Notes: generated by a model from the letters alone, not told the origin. 64,000 nucleotides of DNA from Pseudomonadales bacterium (GCA_020632235.1 JACKFY010000001.1:29602-93601), one strand, 5' to 3'; numbered from the stretch's first letter, positions 38,604 through 48,796 are shown. A program made the numbers and translations.

Positions 38604-39665
38604 ATGACAACAGACTACACCGCGCTTTTAAACCAAGAAATCCAAGATTTAAAGAGTAAAGTTGCAGGTGCTTTTCTTCCTGACGAACTTCGCCTCAAGG
38701 CAGAAAAGGATATTGTAGCGCTTGAGCGCTCGGTGGCTCTGGGTAGCTATGATGAAAAGTACGATAAGGTGTCTCGCTACATTGAGTGGATTGTGCGCAT
38801 TCCCTGGGAAGCAGAAAGCGATGACCAGCTTGACTTAGAAAAGACCAAGCAAGTGTTTGAAACTCACCACTACGGCATGCACGAGGTCAAAAATAGGTTT
38901 TTGGAGTATGTCTCTATCTTAAAACTGCGTAAAGAGCAGTTGGGTAACAGCGAGTTTCGCGCACCAGTGCTTCTTTTGGTTGGATTGGTGGGTACAGGTA
39001 AAACGACTTTTGCCATCTCTCTGGCCGAGGCGCTGGGCCGGCAACTGGTGCGCATTCCCTTTGGTGGTATGGCGTCCTCACTCGAGCTGCGGGGTAGCTC
39101 TCGTCTACATCTAGAATCTGAACCTGGTAGAGTGGTGAAGGGGTTGTGTGAGGCAGGGGTGAGAAACCCTGTGATCTTGCTAGACGAGATAGACCGCGTG
39201 GCACAGGAGGCCAACCGCGACATTATGGGTGTGTTGGTAGAGCTTTTGGACCCTGCGCAAAACCACGCGTTTCGTGATGCCTATGTTGACTATCCTACTG
39301 ACCTGTCCCGTGCTATTTTTATTGCCACTGCAAATAACACAGGTGACATCGCGACTGCCGTGATGGATAGGCTAGAAAAAATTGCTATGCCATCCTATAC
39401 AGATGATGAAAAAATAGTTATTGCCCAGCGCTATGTCTTGCCCGGGCTACTCGCAGACGCCGGCATAAGGCCAGAGCAGCTTGTGATAGATGATGAGATT
39501 TGGCCAGCTATTACACGCCCACTTGGCTATGACGCGGGCATTCGTACTCTGCAAAGGACACTCCAGGGGGCAGTGCGCAAAGCGGCACGCATCATGGTAG
39601 AAAAGGGCTACGAGAATATTCACATCACCGCGCAGAACAAGAATATTTTCCTGCCGCAGTACTAG
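38604..39665 (+). CDS. Lon-like AAA+ ATPase module lacking the LON N-domain and the S16 peptidase domain
   Basis: Aligns along its length to the Lon ATPase region: HYGMHEVKNRFLEY, Walker A GLVGTGKTT, Walker B ILLDEIDR, LDPAQNHAF, sensor ATANN. It ends where the protease domain would begin. Confidence 0.75.
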   Translation: MTTDYTALLNQEIQDLKSKVAGAFLPDELRLKAEKDIVALERSVALGSYDEKYDKVSRYIEWIVRIPWEAESDDQLDLEKTKQVFETHHYGMHEVKNRFLEYVSILKLRKEQLGNSEFRAPVLLLVGLVGTGKTTFAISLAEALGRQLVRIPFGGMASSLELRGSSRLHLESEPGRVVKGLCEAGVRNPVILLDEIDRVAQEANRDIMGVLVELLDPAQNHAFRDAYVDYPTDLSRAIFIATANNTGDIATAVMDRLEKIAMPSYTDDEKIVIAQRYVLPGLLADAGIRPEQLVIDDEIWPAITRPLGYDAGIRTLQRTLQGAVRKAARIMVEKGYENIHITAQNKNIFLPQY

Positions 39666-39709
39666 GTGGGTAGGTTATTGGGCTCTAGGTTCTGGATGCT
39701 GGTTTTTAT

Positions 39710-39749
39710 CCCCTCTTGCAAAGAGGGGCTTCCGTCAGCTGACGGAAGG
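39710..39749. repeat. palindromes cccctcttgcaaagagggg + cttccgtcagctgacggaag
   Basis: Identical palindrome cores to 28845-28880. Confidence 0.75.
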
Positions 39750-39790
39750 GGTGTTTTGTAAAAAAAGAGGGAACACAAACACCTCGCCCA

Positions 39791-39831
39791 CTCATTCTTC
39801 GAATGAGGGGTGCTCCTCTTGAAAAGAGGAG
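39791..39831. repeat. palindromes ctcattcttcgaatgag + ctcctcttgaaaagaggag
   Basis: Variant members of the same hairpin family. Confidence 0.6.
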
Positions 39832-39861
39832 ATAGTAGAAAAGTTGTGCTACCATGCCTGT

Positions 39862-40461
39862 ATGACCAAGTGCCAACAACTCGACCGGCTGTATGCAGAA
39901 ATGGAGTCTCTGGCAGGCACTCTACCCCTTACAAAACAGCCAACTGACATCATTCCAGGAGAGGGCAATACAGAAGCCCGCGTATTACTCATAGGCGAAG
40001 CACCTGGGTACCACGAACACCAACAACGTCGTCCGTTTGTTGGTCGTTCTGGCCAGCTGCTTCGCACAGTGCTAGAGGAAGCAGGCACAAGCGTTGCATC
40101 TGTATACATCTCAAACATTGTCAAGGCTCGTCCGCCAGAAAACCGAGACCCTACCCCTGCCGAGATCGCTGCTTACAAACCATACTTAGACCAAGAAATA
40201 GAGATTCTCTCGCCTCAGCTTGTAGTAACACTCGGTCGTTTTAGCATGGCAAAGTTCTTACCAAAGGTGAAAATATCAGCTGTGCATGGCAACACACACC
40301 GAGTCACTTGGAATGACCAAACGTTGTATGTGTTGCCGCAGTACCACCCCGCAGCCGCACTGCGTGGCACACGAGTGATGGAGGCATTCAAAGCAGATAT
40401 AGCAAAAATACCAGCTGTACTTTCGTGGATACAGACTGCGCCTGCCCAGAAGAGGGAGTAG
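39862..40461 (+). CDS. uracil-DNA glycosylase, family 4
   Basis: GEGNTEARVLLIGEAPG and PFVGRSGQLL motifs. Confidence 0.8.
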   Translation: MTKCQQLDRLYAEMESLAGTLPLTKQPTDIIPGEGNTEARVLLIGEAPGYHEHQQRRPFVGRSGQLLRTVLEEAGTSVASVYISNIVKARPPENRDPTPAEIAAYKPYLDQEIEILSPQLVVTLGRFSMAKFLPKVKISAVHGNTHRVTWNDQTLYVLPQYHPAAALRGTRVMEAFKADIAKIPAVLSWIQTAPAQKRE

Positions 40462-40499
40462 ATGATACGATGTGATAGATTGATGGGCGCACAGAATGT

Positions 40500-41312
40500 A
40501 TGAAGTTGACTATTTTTTTATTTGCCATTCCTATTTTGAGTAGTCTGAGTGGCCTACTGTTATACCGATTCATCGGAAAAAAGCAGCTGTTTAAGCTTGA
40601 CTCTATCCAGTTTTTGTATGCATTTGTGCTTGCCCCGTTATTATTTGTGTGGGCCAAAACATTTTTTTATACCCTTGTTTCAACTCAAAATCTCGGCATT
40701 GCGCTGAGTAGTAACGATGTATTTATTCTGGACACAGTATTTAGCACCTTTCTGCTTTTTATTTACGCATTTGTGGTCATGCACTCGCTGACCAAGACGT
40801 TTAACGTGCGGATGAAAGACGACCCGCTGTACAACATCTTCCACCACTCGGAGTACTTTCATTTGTGGTTGACGCATTTGGCGATGTTTGGCGGTGTGCT
40901 CTCGTGTATTTTTATTATCGGGGCTGTCAATGTATTTTTGCCGTTCCCCTCCGAGCTGGTGCACACTCCACCGCTTGCAATCTTGCCAGTGGGCATTGTC
41001 ACAGGGGTGTTGATTTTTGTTTCAGCTCTGCTGTCTGACCCAAAACAGGCTAAAAACTTTGGTAGAGTGCTCAAGGTGCTTTACGGCGTGTTATTTATGG
41101 CCCAGATGGTGTTCTATCTAGTATTTAGCCCCAGTTTTGATAATGAGCATTTGTTATTTTGGTGGAGTATGTTGGTGTTTGCCACGCTGGTGACTATTTC
41201 ATTTTTTTCGTATAGATCGGTCAAAACACAGTCATTTTTTGAACGAGTAGTGAGCAAATGCAAGCATCTAGAGTGGGAGTTTCGCCTGCAGCTGTTTGGT
41301 GATAAAAAATAG
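40500..41312 (+). CDS. polytopic membrane protein, hypothetical
   Basis: At least seven predicted TM helices. Confidence 0.5.
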   Translation: MKLTIFLFAIPILSSLSGLLLYRFIGKKQLFKLDSIQFLYAFVLAPLLFVWAKTFFYTLVSTQNLGIALSSNDVFILDTVFSTFLLFIYAFVVMHSLTKTFNVRMKDDPLYNIFHHSEYFHLWLTHLAMFGGVLSCIFIIGAVNVFLPFPSELVHTPPLAILPVGIVTGVLIFVSALLSDPKQAKNFGRVLKVLYGVLFMAQMVFYLVFSPSFDNEHLLFWWSMLVFATLVTISFFSYRSVKTQSFFERVVSKCKHLEWEFRLQLFGDKK

Positions 41313-41365
41313 CGTATACTCTACGGAAAAGAAAAAAAGTATGAACACAAAGAGAAAGTTTTGAC

Positions 41366-43030
41366 ATGTCAAGCATTCGCGTTATGCCCCTGGGTGGGAT
41401 GGGAAATGTAACCCAAAATATGTTTTTGTATCAGGTAGACCAACAGATCTTGATTGTTGATTGTGGTATTGGATTTCCTGACCACCACATGCCAGGCGCA
41501 GACCTGCTTATTCCCGATATTAGCTATCTTCATCAGCTCCTAGAACAAGGAAACACCATCGCTGGTATGGTGCTCTCGCATGGCCATGAAGACCACATCG
41601 GGGCACTGGGGTATATTTTGCCAGAACTACCAGAGTTTCCCATCTTTGCTGTGCCGTTTACCGCCGCCTTTGCCCAAAAACGACTCGAGGATAAAGGAGC
41701 ACGCGGGAGCGTGACGCCTGTTCACGATGAAACACATTTGCAGATCAGCCCAACGTTCTCGGTTGAGTTTGTGCAAGTGACCCACTCGGTGCCAGAGACA
41801 CGACACCTCATCATCCGTACACCTGCAGGTACCATCTATCATGGCAGTGACTTTAAGCTTGACCCGCACCCTGTGGACGGCAAGGTGAGTCAGCTCGATC
41901 GCATTGGTCAACTTGCCAGCGAAGGCATAGACCTTATGACCATCGATTGCTTGCGGGTAGAGAGTGCAGACTGGACGAAATCAGAATCAACTGTAGGTCC
42001 GTCTATCGAGACCACGATGCGCGAAACAAAGGGTAAGTACATTATTACCTTGATGAGCTCGCACATTCATCGCATTCAGCAGACCATTGATGCAGCCGAC
42101 AAGTGCGGACGCAAGATCACTTTTGTGGGGCGCTCTGTAGAACAAAACATGGAGATAGCTCTCTCACTAGGCGAGGCGCACATTCCTAAAGGCATGCAGA
42201 TAGACAAACGTGATATTCAAAATACCGCCGATGACAAGCTGTGCGTAGTCATTGCAGGCAGCCAGGGGCAAGAGGGCTCGTCACTGGTGCGAGCAGTTTT
42301 TGGTGAGCATCCGGTTATTCAGATTGCCGAGCACGACACAGTCGTGTTTTCAGCTAGTGCTATTCCTGGCAATGAACTGCCGTACTACGCTGCTATAGAT
42401 GAGCTGTGTAAAAATGGCGTACACGTGGTGTATCCGGACATACTCAAAACACTGCACCAATCTGGTCATGCAAGTACCCCAGAGCAACAGGAGTTACTCG
42501 GGTTGGTCAAGCCCACCTACGTGATGCCAATTGGCGGGGCTGATAGGCACCGCGTCAAGTTTTTGGAGTTTGTGGCAGAGCCTCTTGGGTACACCAAAGA
42601 CGCAGTGCTCCTGCCCAACTCTGGTGAGGTGCTCGAACTTTCTGCTAGTGGACCCAAGGTGGTCGAGAGTGTACACCTCAAGCCACGCATCGTGGATGGA
42701 CTCGGCATAGGAGACGTGGGGCCGGTGGTGCTCTCAGATCGCAAAGCGCTTTCTGAAGCTGGTATCATTGTAGTGGTTGTTCCTCGGGTAAAGGGGCAGT
42801 TTAGGCCAAAGGATATCAGGGTCATTTCCAAGGGATTTGTGTTCATGAAAGAGGCAGATGACGTGATCGAGTTTATCACCAGTACCACCGCAGAATTACT
42901 CACAACATTCAAGAAAAAAACTTCAGATGAAAAGCTGCGAAGGTCTATCGAGCACACACTATCCAGAAAGCTGTTTAAGATCATTCGCCGAGAGCCACTA
43001 GTGGTGATGGTGATTGCAGATACTGCTTGA
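41366..43030 (+). CDS. rnj: ribonuclease J (metallo-beta-lactamase/beta-CASP)
   Basis: LSHGHEDHIGAL (HxHxDH) and beta-CASP motifs. Typical 554-aa length. Confidence 0.88.
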   Translation: MSSIRVMPLGGMGNVTQNMFLYQVDQQILIVDCGIGFPDHHMPGADLLIPDISYLHQLLEQGNTIAGMVLSHGHEDHIGALGYILPELPEFPIFAVPFTAAFAQKRLEDKGARGSVTPVHDETHLQISPTFSVEFVQVTHSVPETRHLIIRTPAGTIYHGSDFKLDPHPVDGKVSQLDRIGQLASEGIDLMTIDCLRVESADWTKSESTVGPSIETTMRETKGKYIITLMSSHIHRIQQTIDAADKCGRKITFVGRSVEQNMEIALSLGEAHIPKGMQIDKRDIQNTADDKLCVVIAGSQGQEGSSLVRAVFGEHPVIQIAEHDTVVFSASAIPGNELPYYAAIDELCKNGVHVVYPDILKTLHQSGHASTPEQQELLGLVKPTYVMPIGGADRHRVKFLEFVAEPLGYTKDAVLLPNSGEVLELSASGPKVVESVHLKPRIVDGLGIGDVGPVVLSDRKALSEAGIIVVVVPRVKGQFRPKDIRVISKGFVFMKEADDVIEFITSTTAELLTTFKKKTSDEKLRRSIEHTLSRKLFKIIRREPLVVMVIADTA

Positions 43031-43081
43031 CAGCGCCCTCAAAGATGATATATCCTATAATTATTAGTTGAGATAGATGCT

Positions 43082-45265
43082 ATGGGTAGAAAAAAAAAGA
43101 AATCACCATTTTCTCTCTCACTTGAGTCAGATACGATCTACTCTATCGTGGCAGTACTCTTGATTATGCTTGGTCTGCTCGTTATTATCTCGTTTACCGG
43201 TCAAGGCAGCGTGCTGGCGCGCGTCAATGCTACCCTGATTCAGGCGCTGGGGGTCTCGACGGTATTTTTGCCGTTTATTTTTATTGCCTCTGGTCTAGTG
43301 CTGTTTCGCACCAAGTGGCAGTGGACCCAGCCCCATGTGTTGCTGGGCACATTACTGCTGTTGATGGGCACGCTGGGGTTTTTCAAAACGGGTGAGGTGG
43401 GCGCTGATACCCATCAAAATGTAGCGGAGCTTTTTTCAACCCCTGGCAGTTATGTTTTCTTTGCGGCCCTACTGTGCATTGGTTTGCTGATTGTGTTTCA
43501 AACATCTCTCAGAGACGTGCTCGAACAACTACATGAGAAACGTCACGTACTACCTGCTGTGCCTCTGCCAAAAAAGAAAACCATGACCTCTTCGCTGTTT
43601 GACGATGATGATGAAGAAAAAAAGCGTTTTTCGCTACCAAGTATTGATGTACCGTTTAAAAAGAAACAGATGCCTGACGAAACAGATGATGACGAAGTAC
43701 CGGAAGAAGAGCTGCCTGAGGGCCCGCTGGTACAGTCCACCGAGATTCCCAAGTTGTCGCTCCATCCAGAAATCCAATCTGATGCTGATGAGGCAGTAGC
43801 CGAAGGTGAGCACGCTACTGGCGGCGAGATCATCTGGGATTATCCACCACTCTCGCTGCTTGATGCCAGCTCTGGAGGCGAGGCAGACAGAGGTGATGTC
43901 AATAAAAACGCCGATACTATCGAGTCAGTACTACAGTCATTTAATATTCGCGCCAAGATAGAAGAGGTCAACTACGGTCCTTCGGTCACCCAGTACGCCC
44001 TTAGCATCAGCCAGGGCACCAAGCTCTCCAAGATCACGTCGCTGAGCACCGACATGGCGCTTGCGCTGGCCGCGCCTGGCGGGCAGGTGCGCATCGAGGC
44101 CCCGATTGCGGGGCGCTCGCTGGTAGGTATTGAGGTGCCAAATTACTCCGCCCAGTACGTGACTCTCAGGCATATGCTTTCATCTGACGTGATGAAGCAG
44201 CACGACTCAAAACTTGCAGTGGCGTTAGGGATTGATGTAGCGGGCAAACCAAAGGTGGTAGATATTGCCAAGATGCCGCATGTGTTGATAGCAGGCTCGA
44301 CTGGCTCGGGTAAATCGGTGGCTGTTAATACAATTATGTGTTCTATCCTCTACCGGGCGACCCCGACAGAAGTAAAGTTTATCTTGGTGGACCCAAAGCG
44401 AGTAGAGTTAACTGGCTACAATGACATTCCCCACCTACTGGTGCCCGTGATTGTTGACGCCAAAAAGGTGGTCTCTGCCCTCAAGTGGGCGACGCACGAG
44501 ATGGACAGACGCTACAAGCACCTAGCAGAGGTGGGCGTGCGCAATATTGACTCGTACAATGAGCTAGCAGGCCATGCGGCGATGTCAAAAATTGTGATTA
44601 TTATCGATGAGCTAGCTGACGTGATGCTGTTTGCCCCCTCAGAGGTAGAAGAGAGCGTGACCCGCATTGCCCAGATGGCGCGGGCGGTAGGCATTCACCT
44701 AGTGCTGGCTACCCAGCGGCCTTCGGTGGATGTCTTGACAGGACTTATCAAAGCAAACATTCCCACTCGTATCGCATTTAATGTGTCATCCATGACTGAC
44801 TCTCGGGTGATCATTGACGGACCAGGGGCAGAAAAGCTGCTGGGTAAAGGTGACATGCTGTATGTGCCCCCAGACCAAGCAAAACCCAGCCGTGTGCAAG
44901 GTACGTTTGTGTCAGATAAAGAAATTCAGAGCCTTATCCAGTTTATCAAAGACCAAGGTCATCCTGCCCAGTATGAAGAAGACATTACCCAAAAATTCCA
45001 GAGTAGTGGAGGGAAAGGCAGCAGTGCTGGCGGGCTGGATGACAAAGACGAACTATTTGATGAAGTAGCCGTCTTTATTGCTCGGGCGGGCAAGGGCTCA
45101 TCTTCGATGATTCAAAGACAGTTTAGCGTAGGGTATAATAGGGCCGCGCGCATTTTAGACCAAATGCATGCAGCTGGCTTCGTGGGGCCACAGGAGGGGA
45201 GTAAGCCACGAGAAGTACATGCTACTGCTATTGCCGAGTATGTGGCGAGGCAGGGAGAGGAGTAG
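43082..45265 (+). CDS. ftsK: DNA translocase FtsK/SpoIIIE
   Basis: N-terminal TM helices, Walker A GSTGSGKSV and a C-terminal gamma winged-helix domain (SSSMIQRQFSVGYNRAARILDQM). Confidence 0.9.
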   Translation: MGRKKKKSPFSLSLESDTIYSIVAVLLIMLGLLVIISFTGQGSVLARVNATLIQALGVSTVFLPFIFIASGLVLFRTKWQWTQPHVLLGTLLLLMGTLGFFKTGEVGADTHQNVAELFSTPGSYVFFAALLCIGLLIVFQTSLRDVLEQLHEKRHVLPAVPLPKKKTMTSSLFDDDDEEKKRFSLPSIDVPFKKKQMPDETDDDEVPEEELPEGPLVQSTEIPKLSLHPEIQSDADEAVAEGEHATGGEIIWDYPPLSLLDASSGGEADRGDVNKNADTIESVLQSFNIRAKIEEVNYGPSVTQYALSISQGTKLSKITSLSTDMALALAAPGGQVRIEAPIAGRSLVGIEVPNYSAQYVTLRHMLSSDVMKQHDSKLAVALGIDVAGKPKVVDIAKMPHVLIAGSTGSGKSVAVNTIMCSILYRATPTEVKFILVDPKRVELTGYNDIPHLLVPVIVDAKKVVSALKWATHEMDRRYKHLAEVGVRNIDSYNELAGHAAMSKIVIIIDELADVMLFAPSEVEESVTRIAQMARAVGIHLVLATQRPSVDVLTGLIKANIPTRIAFNVSSMTDSRVIIDGPGAEKLLGKGDMLYVPPDQAKPSRVQGTFVSDKEIQSLIQFIKDQGHPAQYEEDITQKFQSSGGKGSSAGGLDDKDELFDEVAVFIARAGKGSSSMIQRQFSVGYNRAARILDQMHAAGFVGPQEGSKPREVHATAIAEYVARQGEE

Positions 45266-45268
45266 AGT

Positions 45269-45661
45269 ATGGTCGGAATTGATACATTTTTTGGTAGAAG
45301 ACATCAAAGTATACAGGACGTGAGAGCAAAGGAAGATCCTTATTATAAAAGCGATCGGTCTGAGTCAGAAAATGTTGTGCGAGGAAGTTTGAAGGAGAGT
45401 ATTGCAGAATCAACATCAGTTAGAGATATAATTAATCTTCTGCAACTTGCGGCGTCATCTCGCCCAGACATGAAGCTTGGAAGAAGAGATACGTCGATAC
45501 AATCGGTAATAACTTATCTAGAAGACTATGAGAAACAACCAACTGACAGAAAACTTGCTGGTATAACTAACGATTTGGGTCTTAGAGACAAAATAGAAGA
45601 GTTACTGCCCCCCCCATCAAAAGATAAAAGATCATGGTTGAGGCGCTTCTTTGTTGGCTGA
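45269..45661 (+). CDS. hypothetical protein (AT-rich; contains an in-frame C8 tract 45608-45615)
   Basis: 130-aa ORF. The poly-C tract encodes PPP. Confidence 0.35.
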   Translation: MVGIDTFFGRRHQSIQDVRAKEDPYYKSDRSESENVVRGSLKESIAESTSVRDIINLLQLAASSRPDMKLGRRDTSIQSVITYLEDYEKQPTDRKLAGITNDLGLRDKIEELLPPPSKDKRSWLRRFFVG

Positions 45662-46244
45662 AAAAATTAAGATGTTTGAGCAACTCCCTGCTCAAGCGAA
45701 AGAAAAACCTACCAAGAAGGAGCGTCGCAGGCGTGAACTAGAACAGATCAGGCGAAGAGTAGAGCTATTTGCCCCTTATGCAGAGCAGTTTTTCAAAGCT
45801 GTTCGCGCAAAAGATAGTGAGGCTCTGCTTGCGTTGGCCAGGAGTAAGGGATACACCACACAAAATGTATCCATTGGTTTTGAGCTACTTGGTTCCTCAA
45901 CAGAAAGAGTATTTATTACGAAAGACAATCCAGTCAGGATAGATAATAGGACCCTCTATCTGGGGGAAGGATACGATTTTCTAGATCTTGCGCATGATGT
46001 ATTGGTTATACTCATTGGAGGCAAGCAGTTGTTGGTAGGAGAATCAGCATATGTGAGCTATGAAACTGCAAGGATTGTGTGGGGCACATCTCGGTTTTCT
46101 CCAAGAGCGATACAGCGTTGGTTGTTAGGGCTATTCGATTCTAGTTACGACACAATAGCAGATACTCATGTACTAGACAGATGCTTTATAGAGCTACAAA
46201 GAGATCCGACGGAAGTGTTGGAGGGGATAGAGGCTACTTTCTAA
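45651..46244 (+). CDS. hypothetical protein
   Basis: 197-aa ORF with a basic N-terminus. Confidence 0.4.
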   Translation: MLAEKIKMFEQLPAQAKEKPTKKERRRRELEQIRRRVELFAPYAEQFFKAVRAKDSEALLALARSKGYTTQNVSIGFELLGSSTERVFITKDNPVRIDNRTLYLGEGYDFLDLAHDVLVILIGGKQLLVGESAYVSYETARIVWGTSRFSPRAIQRWLLGLFDSSYDTIADTHVLDRCFIELQRDPTEVLEGIEATF

Positions 46245-46716
46245 TAAGAAGTAGGCGCCTGAAAAAAATTCCCACCGTAAATGCAGCTGTGACCCAAGTA
46301 GTAAAGATGTTATCAAACCCTTGGGATACATTCATTACATCAAGAATTTGACTAATATGCACGTACTCATATAATATTTGCCCAACTCTTTGAATAAGTG
46401 GATTGAGTAAGTTGATGGCGTATCCAATCATTGTGGTGTACAGAAAATAGTTTTGAGCACTGTGTTCACCATTTCTGATTTCATCTCTAGTATAGTCAAT
46501 TACAAAGAGAATGGTAAATATGCTGGTTAAAATAGGGTGTAATTCTGGAAAAAAAGCTACTGCTTCTAAAAATGATTTTATGGCCCCATCTCCTATTTGT
46601 GCTTGGGTGTGCTCAACCAATGCCCCAAGAGCCTGTGACATAGCTACAAACTCTATTGCAACTCCTGGACCCTCCGTTTTTATTTTTCCACCACTTTCTT
46701 TTCCATGATCACTCAT
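46234..46716 (-). CDS. hypothetical membrane protein
   Basis: 160-aa ORF with two or three hydrophobic helices. Confidence 0.4.
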   Translation of the reverse strand: MSDHGKESGGKIKTEGPGVAIEFVAMSQALGALVEHTQAQIGDGAIKSFLEAVAFFPELHPILTSIFTILFVIDYTRDEIRNGEHSAQNYFLYTTMIGYAINLLNPLIQRVGQILYEYVHISQILDVMNVSQGFDNIFTTWVTAAFTVGIFFRRLLLIRK

Positions 46717-46786
46717 GCCCCAGAATATACCGCCAAACTATATCAAAAACAATCAGAAGAATGCATTGGAGTATCAAACTCTATCT

Positions 46787-47596
46787 CTAGAGCGGATTAT
46801 TCACATCAATAAACTGCACCCCTACCTCGTTTCCTAGTGTTTTTTGTAGTGCAGCACCCAGCGCCTGGACACCAAAGACCTCGGTAGCATAGTGACCACC
46901 CAAAAGGTAGCTGATGCCGTTCTCCATCATCTTGTGGGGCACAGACTCACTGCCTTCACCAGAAATGTAGGCCTCGACACCTTTTTGTTTCATCTCCCAC
47001 ATATGGGACTCAACAGGTTTGCCTGCTCCTGAAACAATACCGATGGTTTGAATAGGGTCGCTGTTGGCTGGGAAAGTGAAGATAGTGTGTTGAAACAACT
47101 TGCGGCAGGCTGTTTCAAGCTCGGCCAGCGTCATTTCCTGGGGGAGTTGTGCTACAAACCCCCATTCTTCATAGAGTGTGTTGGTGATGGTGGCACCAAT
47201 TTTTTGAGCAATCTGGGCGTTATTGCTTAGCGTGGGGTGGGCGTCAAGCACGTAGTGCAGGCCAATGATGCTCAGGTTATTCTCGATGATAAGACGGAGC
47301 CGCTTTTGGCTGGATTGCGAGTAGAGAGAGCCTTCAGTGCGAGGGTCAAAGGCGTGGTGAAAGATACACATTTGGGCGCCCCACTCTATAGCCTTTTCTA
47401 GAAATTGGGCGTTGAGGCTAACTCCTGTGGCGATCTTAGTCACATTGTCACCACCCGAAAACTGTATACCATTCGCAACAACGTCTTTTTTCTTGGCTTT
47501 TGCAAGGAGTTCTGGAGTGACAATTTGAGTGAGTGTTTGGTAGATTTTATCTCTGTTCATAGTCGAAAGTATAGCCGTACCTTGAGAAAACAGCAA
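46787..47596 (-). CDS. Nif3-like dinuclear metal centre protein (GTP cyclohydrolase 1 type 2 family)
   Basis: IGLHYVLDAHP ... GIVSGAG ... YISGEGSE are NIF3 signatures. The start may be the internal MNRDK. Confidence 0.8.
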   Translation of the reverse strand: MLFSQGTAILSTMNRDKIYQTLTQIVTPELLAKAKKKDVVANGIQFSGGDNVTKIATGVSLNAQFLEKAIEWGAQMCIFHHAFDPRTEGSLYSQSSQKRLRLIIENNLSIIGLHYVLDAHPTLSNNAQIAQKIGATITNTLYEEWGFVAQLPQEMTLAELETACRKLFQHTIFTFPANSDPIQTIGIVSGAGKPVESHMWEMKQKGVEAYISGEGSESVPHKMMENGISYLLGGHYATEVFGVQALGAALQKTLGNEVGVQFIDVNNPL

Positions 47597-47692
47597 GAAC
47601 TTGGTATACTAGTATGAGTGTGAATTGTACGGTTGTCTGTATAGATTCTGAATCAAGTCCAGAATGACAACCTACAATTATTGAGTCACTTT

Positions 47693-48135
47693 GGGGATGT
47701 ATAGCTTTGACGTGGCGTGCTCATTAACATCTGCAGATCGTCTTTGACTAGAGAAGACGTTAAACAGAGTCAAAACTTATAACTGCAAATAAAACAGCAG
47801 ATACAGTTGCAAGCAGAGCTAAATCTATGCTTCTTGAGGTTGGTGAAACAGCTTCAGCAGCTTTTAGCTCTCGTGTAGCTCCACAATACGCTACGCTCGT
47901 AGCGTAAACTGGCATTCACGCATCTCCTCTCACTGATGGGAGTGTGTGGGTGAAAACCTCAGTCGGTGTGACGGCGTTTTGTCTCCTTTCGCTGGGCGCT
48001 CAAGACTTTTGAAAGGGAGTGTGCTGGTAGGTTTGTCTATCTACCGCCAGTGCTCTACTACAAAAATAGCCTATGTCTGTAGATGATGTTGGTGTGTTCA
48101 CACGGACGCGGGCTCGATACCCGCCATCTCCACCA
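47693..48135 (+). ncRNA. ssrA: tmRNA (ssrA)
   Basis: 5' GGGGATGTATAGCTTTGACGTGGCG pairs with 3' ...GGACGCGGGCTCGATACCCGCCATCTCCACCA (T-arm plus ACCA). An internal ORF ends ...VAPQYATLVA-stop (47905-47907), resembling ...ENYALAA tags. Confidence 0.7.
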
Positions 48136-48142
48136 TTTTGCG

Positions 48143-48796
48143 TTACCCCTCGTGGGCGCAGACGAAGCCTGACACGCTACCCGCGCCTGCCTCTTTCAGC
48201 ACCCGCGCACATTCATCCAGTGTTGCGCCTGTAGTACAGACGTCATCGATGACGAGCACTCGTTTGCCAGCTATGTCTGCTTTCTTTTCTTCAATGACAG
48301 CATAGACGCCAAGCGCATTGTCAGCCCGCTCACCTCTATGATGTATGCTTGCCTGGGCAGTGGTGGCTTTGATTTTGGTGAGTAGTGTTTTATAGGGAAT
48401 ATGCGCTTTGGTTGCTATGCTGGCGGCTATGATCTCTGCCTGGTTGTAGCCTCGCGCATCTTGTTTTTTTGGGTGCATGGGCACGCTGGTAATAACGTCA
48501 CACTCTGGAATGACACTGCAGTGGTACATCAGCCTGCCAATAACAGTGCCAACTGCTCTGACATGACTATACTTGAGGGAAAAAAGCAACTGTCGCACAG
48601 GGTACTCATACTCTGCGACTGCGCGAATGAGTGAGAGGTGGCTTGTTTGGGGCAGTTCAACATCAGAAGTGAGAAACTCTATGTGCTGAAAGCAGCGTTC
48701 GCATAGGAGGGTGCCGGTTGTTTTGCAACCACAGCAAAATGGGGGGAAGAGTAGATCAAGTGTTACCCCAGCGATGTCTTTGAGGTACTTTTTCAC
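48143..48796 (-). CDS. comF: ComF-family protein (double zinc ribbon + phosphoribosyltransferase domain)
   Basis: CCGCKTTGTLLCERC zinc ribbon and PRT motif VLVIDDVCTTGATL. Confidence 0.75.
   Translation of the reverse strand: MKKYLKDIAGVTLDLLFPPFCCGCKTTGTLLCERCFQHIEFLTSDVELPQTSHLSLIRAVAEYEYPVRQLLFSLKYSHVRAVGTVIGRLMYHCSVIPECDVITSVPMHPKKQDARGYNQAEIIAASIATKAHIPYKTLLTKIKATTAQASIHHRGERADNALGVYAVIEEKKADIAGKRVLVIDDVCTTGATLDECARVLKEAGAGSVSGFVCAHEG

Noticed and set aside
28367-39831. CRISPR array?
   Set aside because: The palindromes are few, irregularly spaced and of several types, with no repeat-spacer periodicity and no cas genes.
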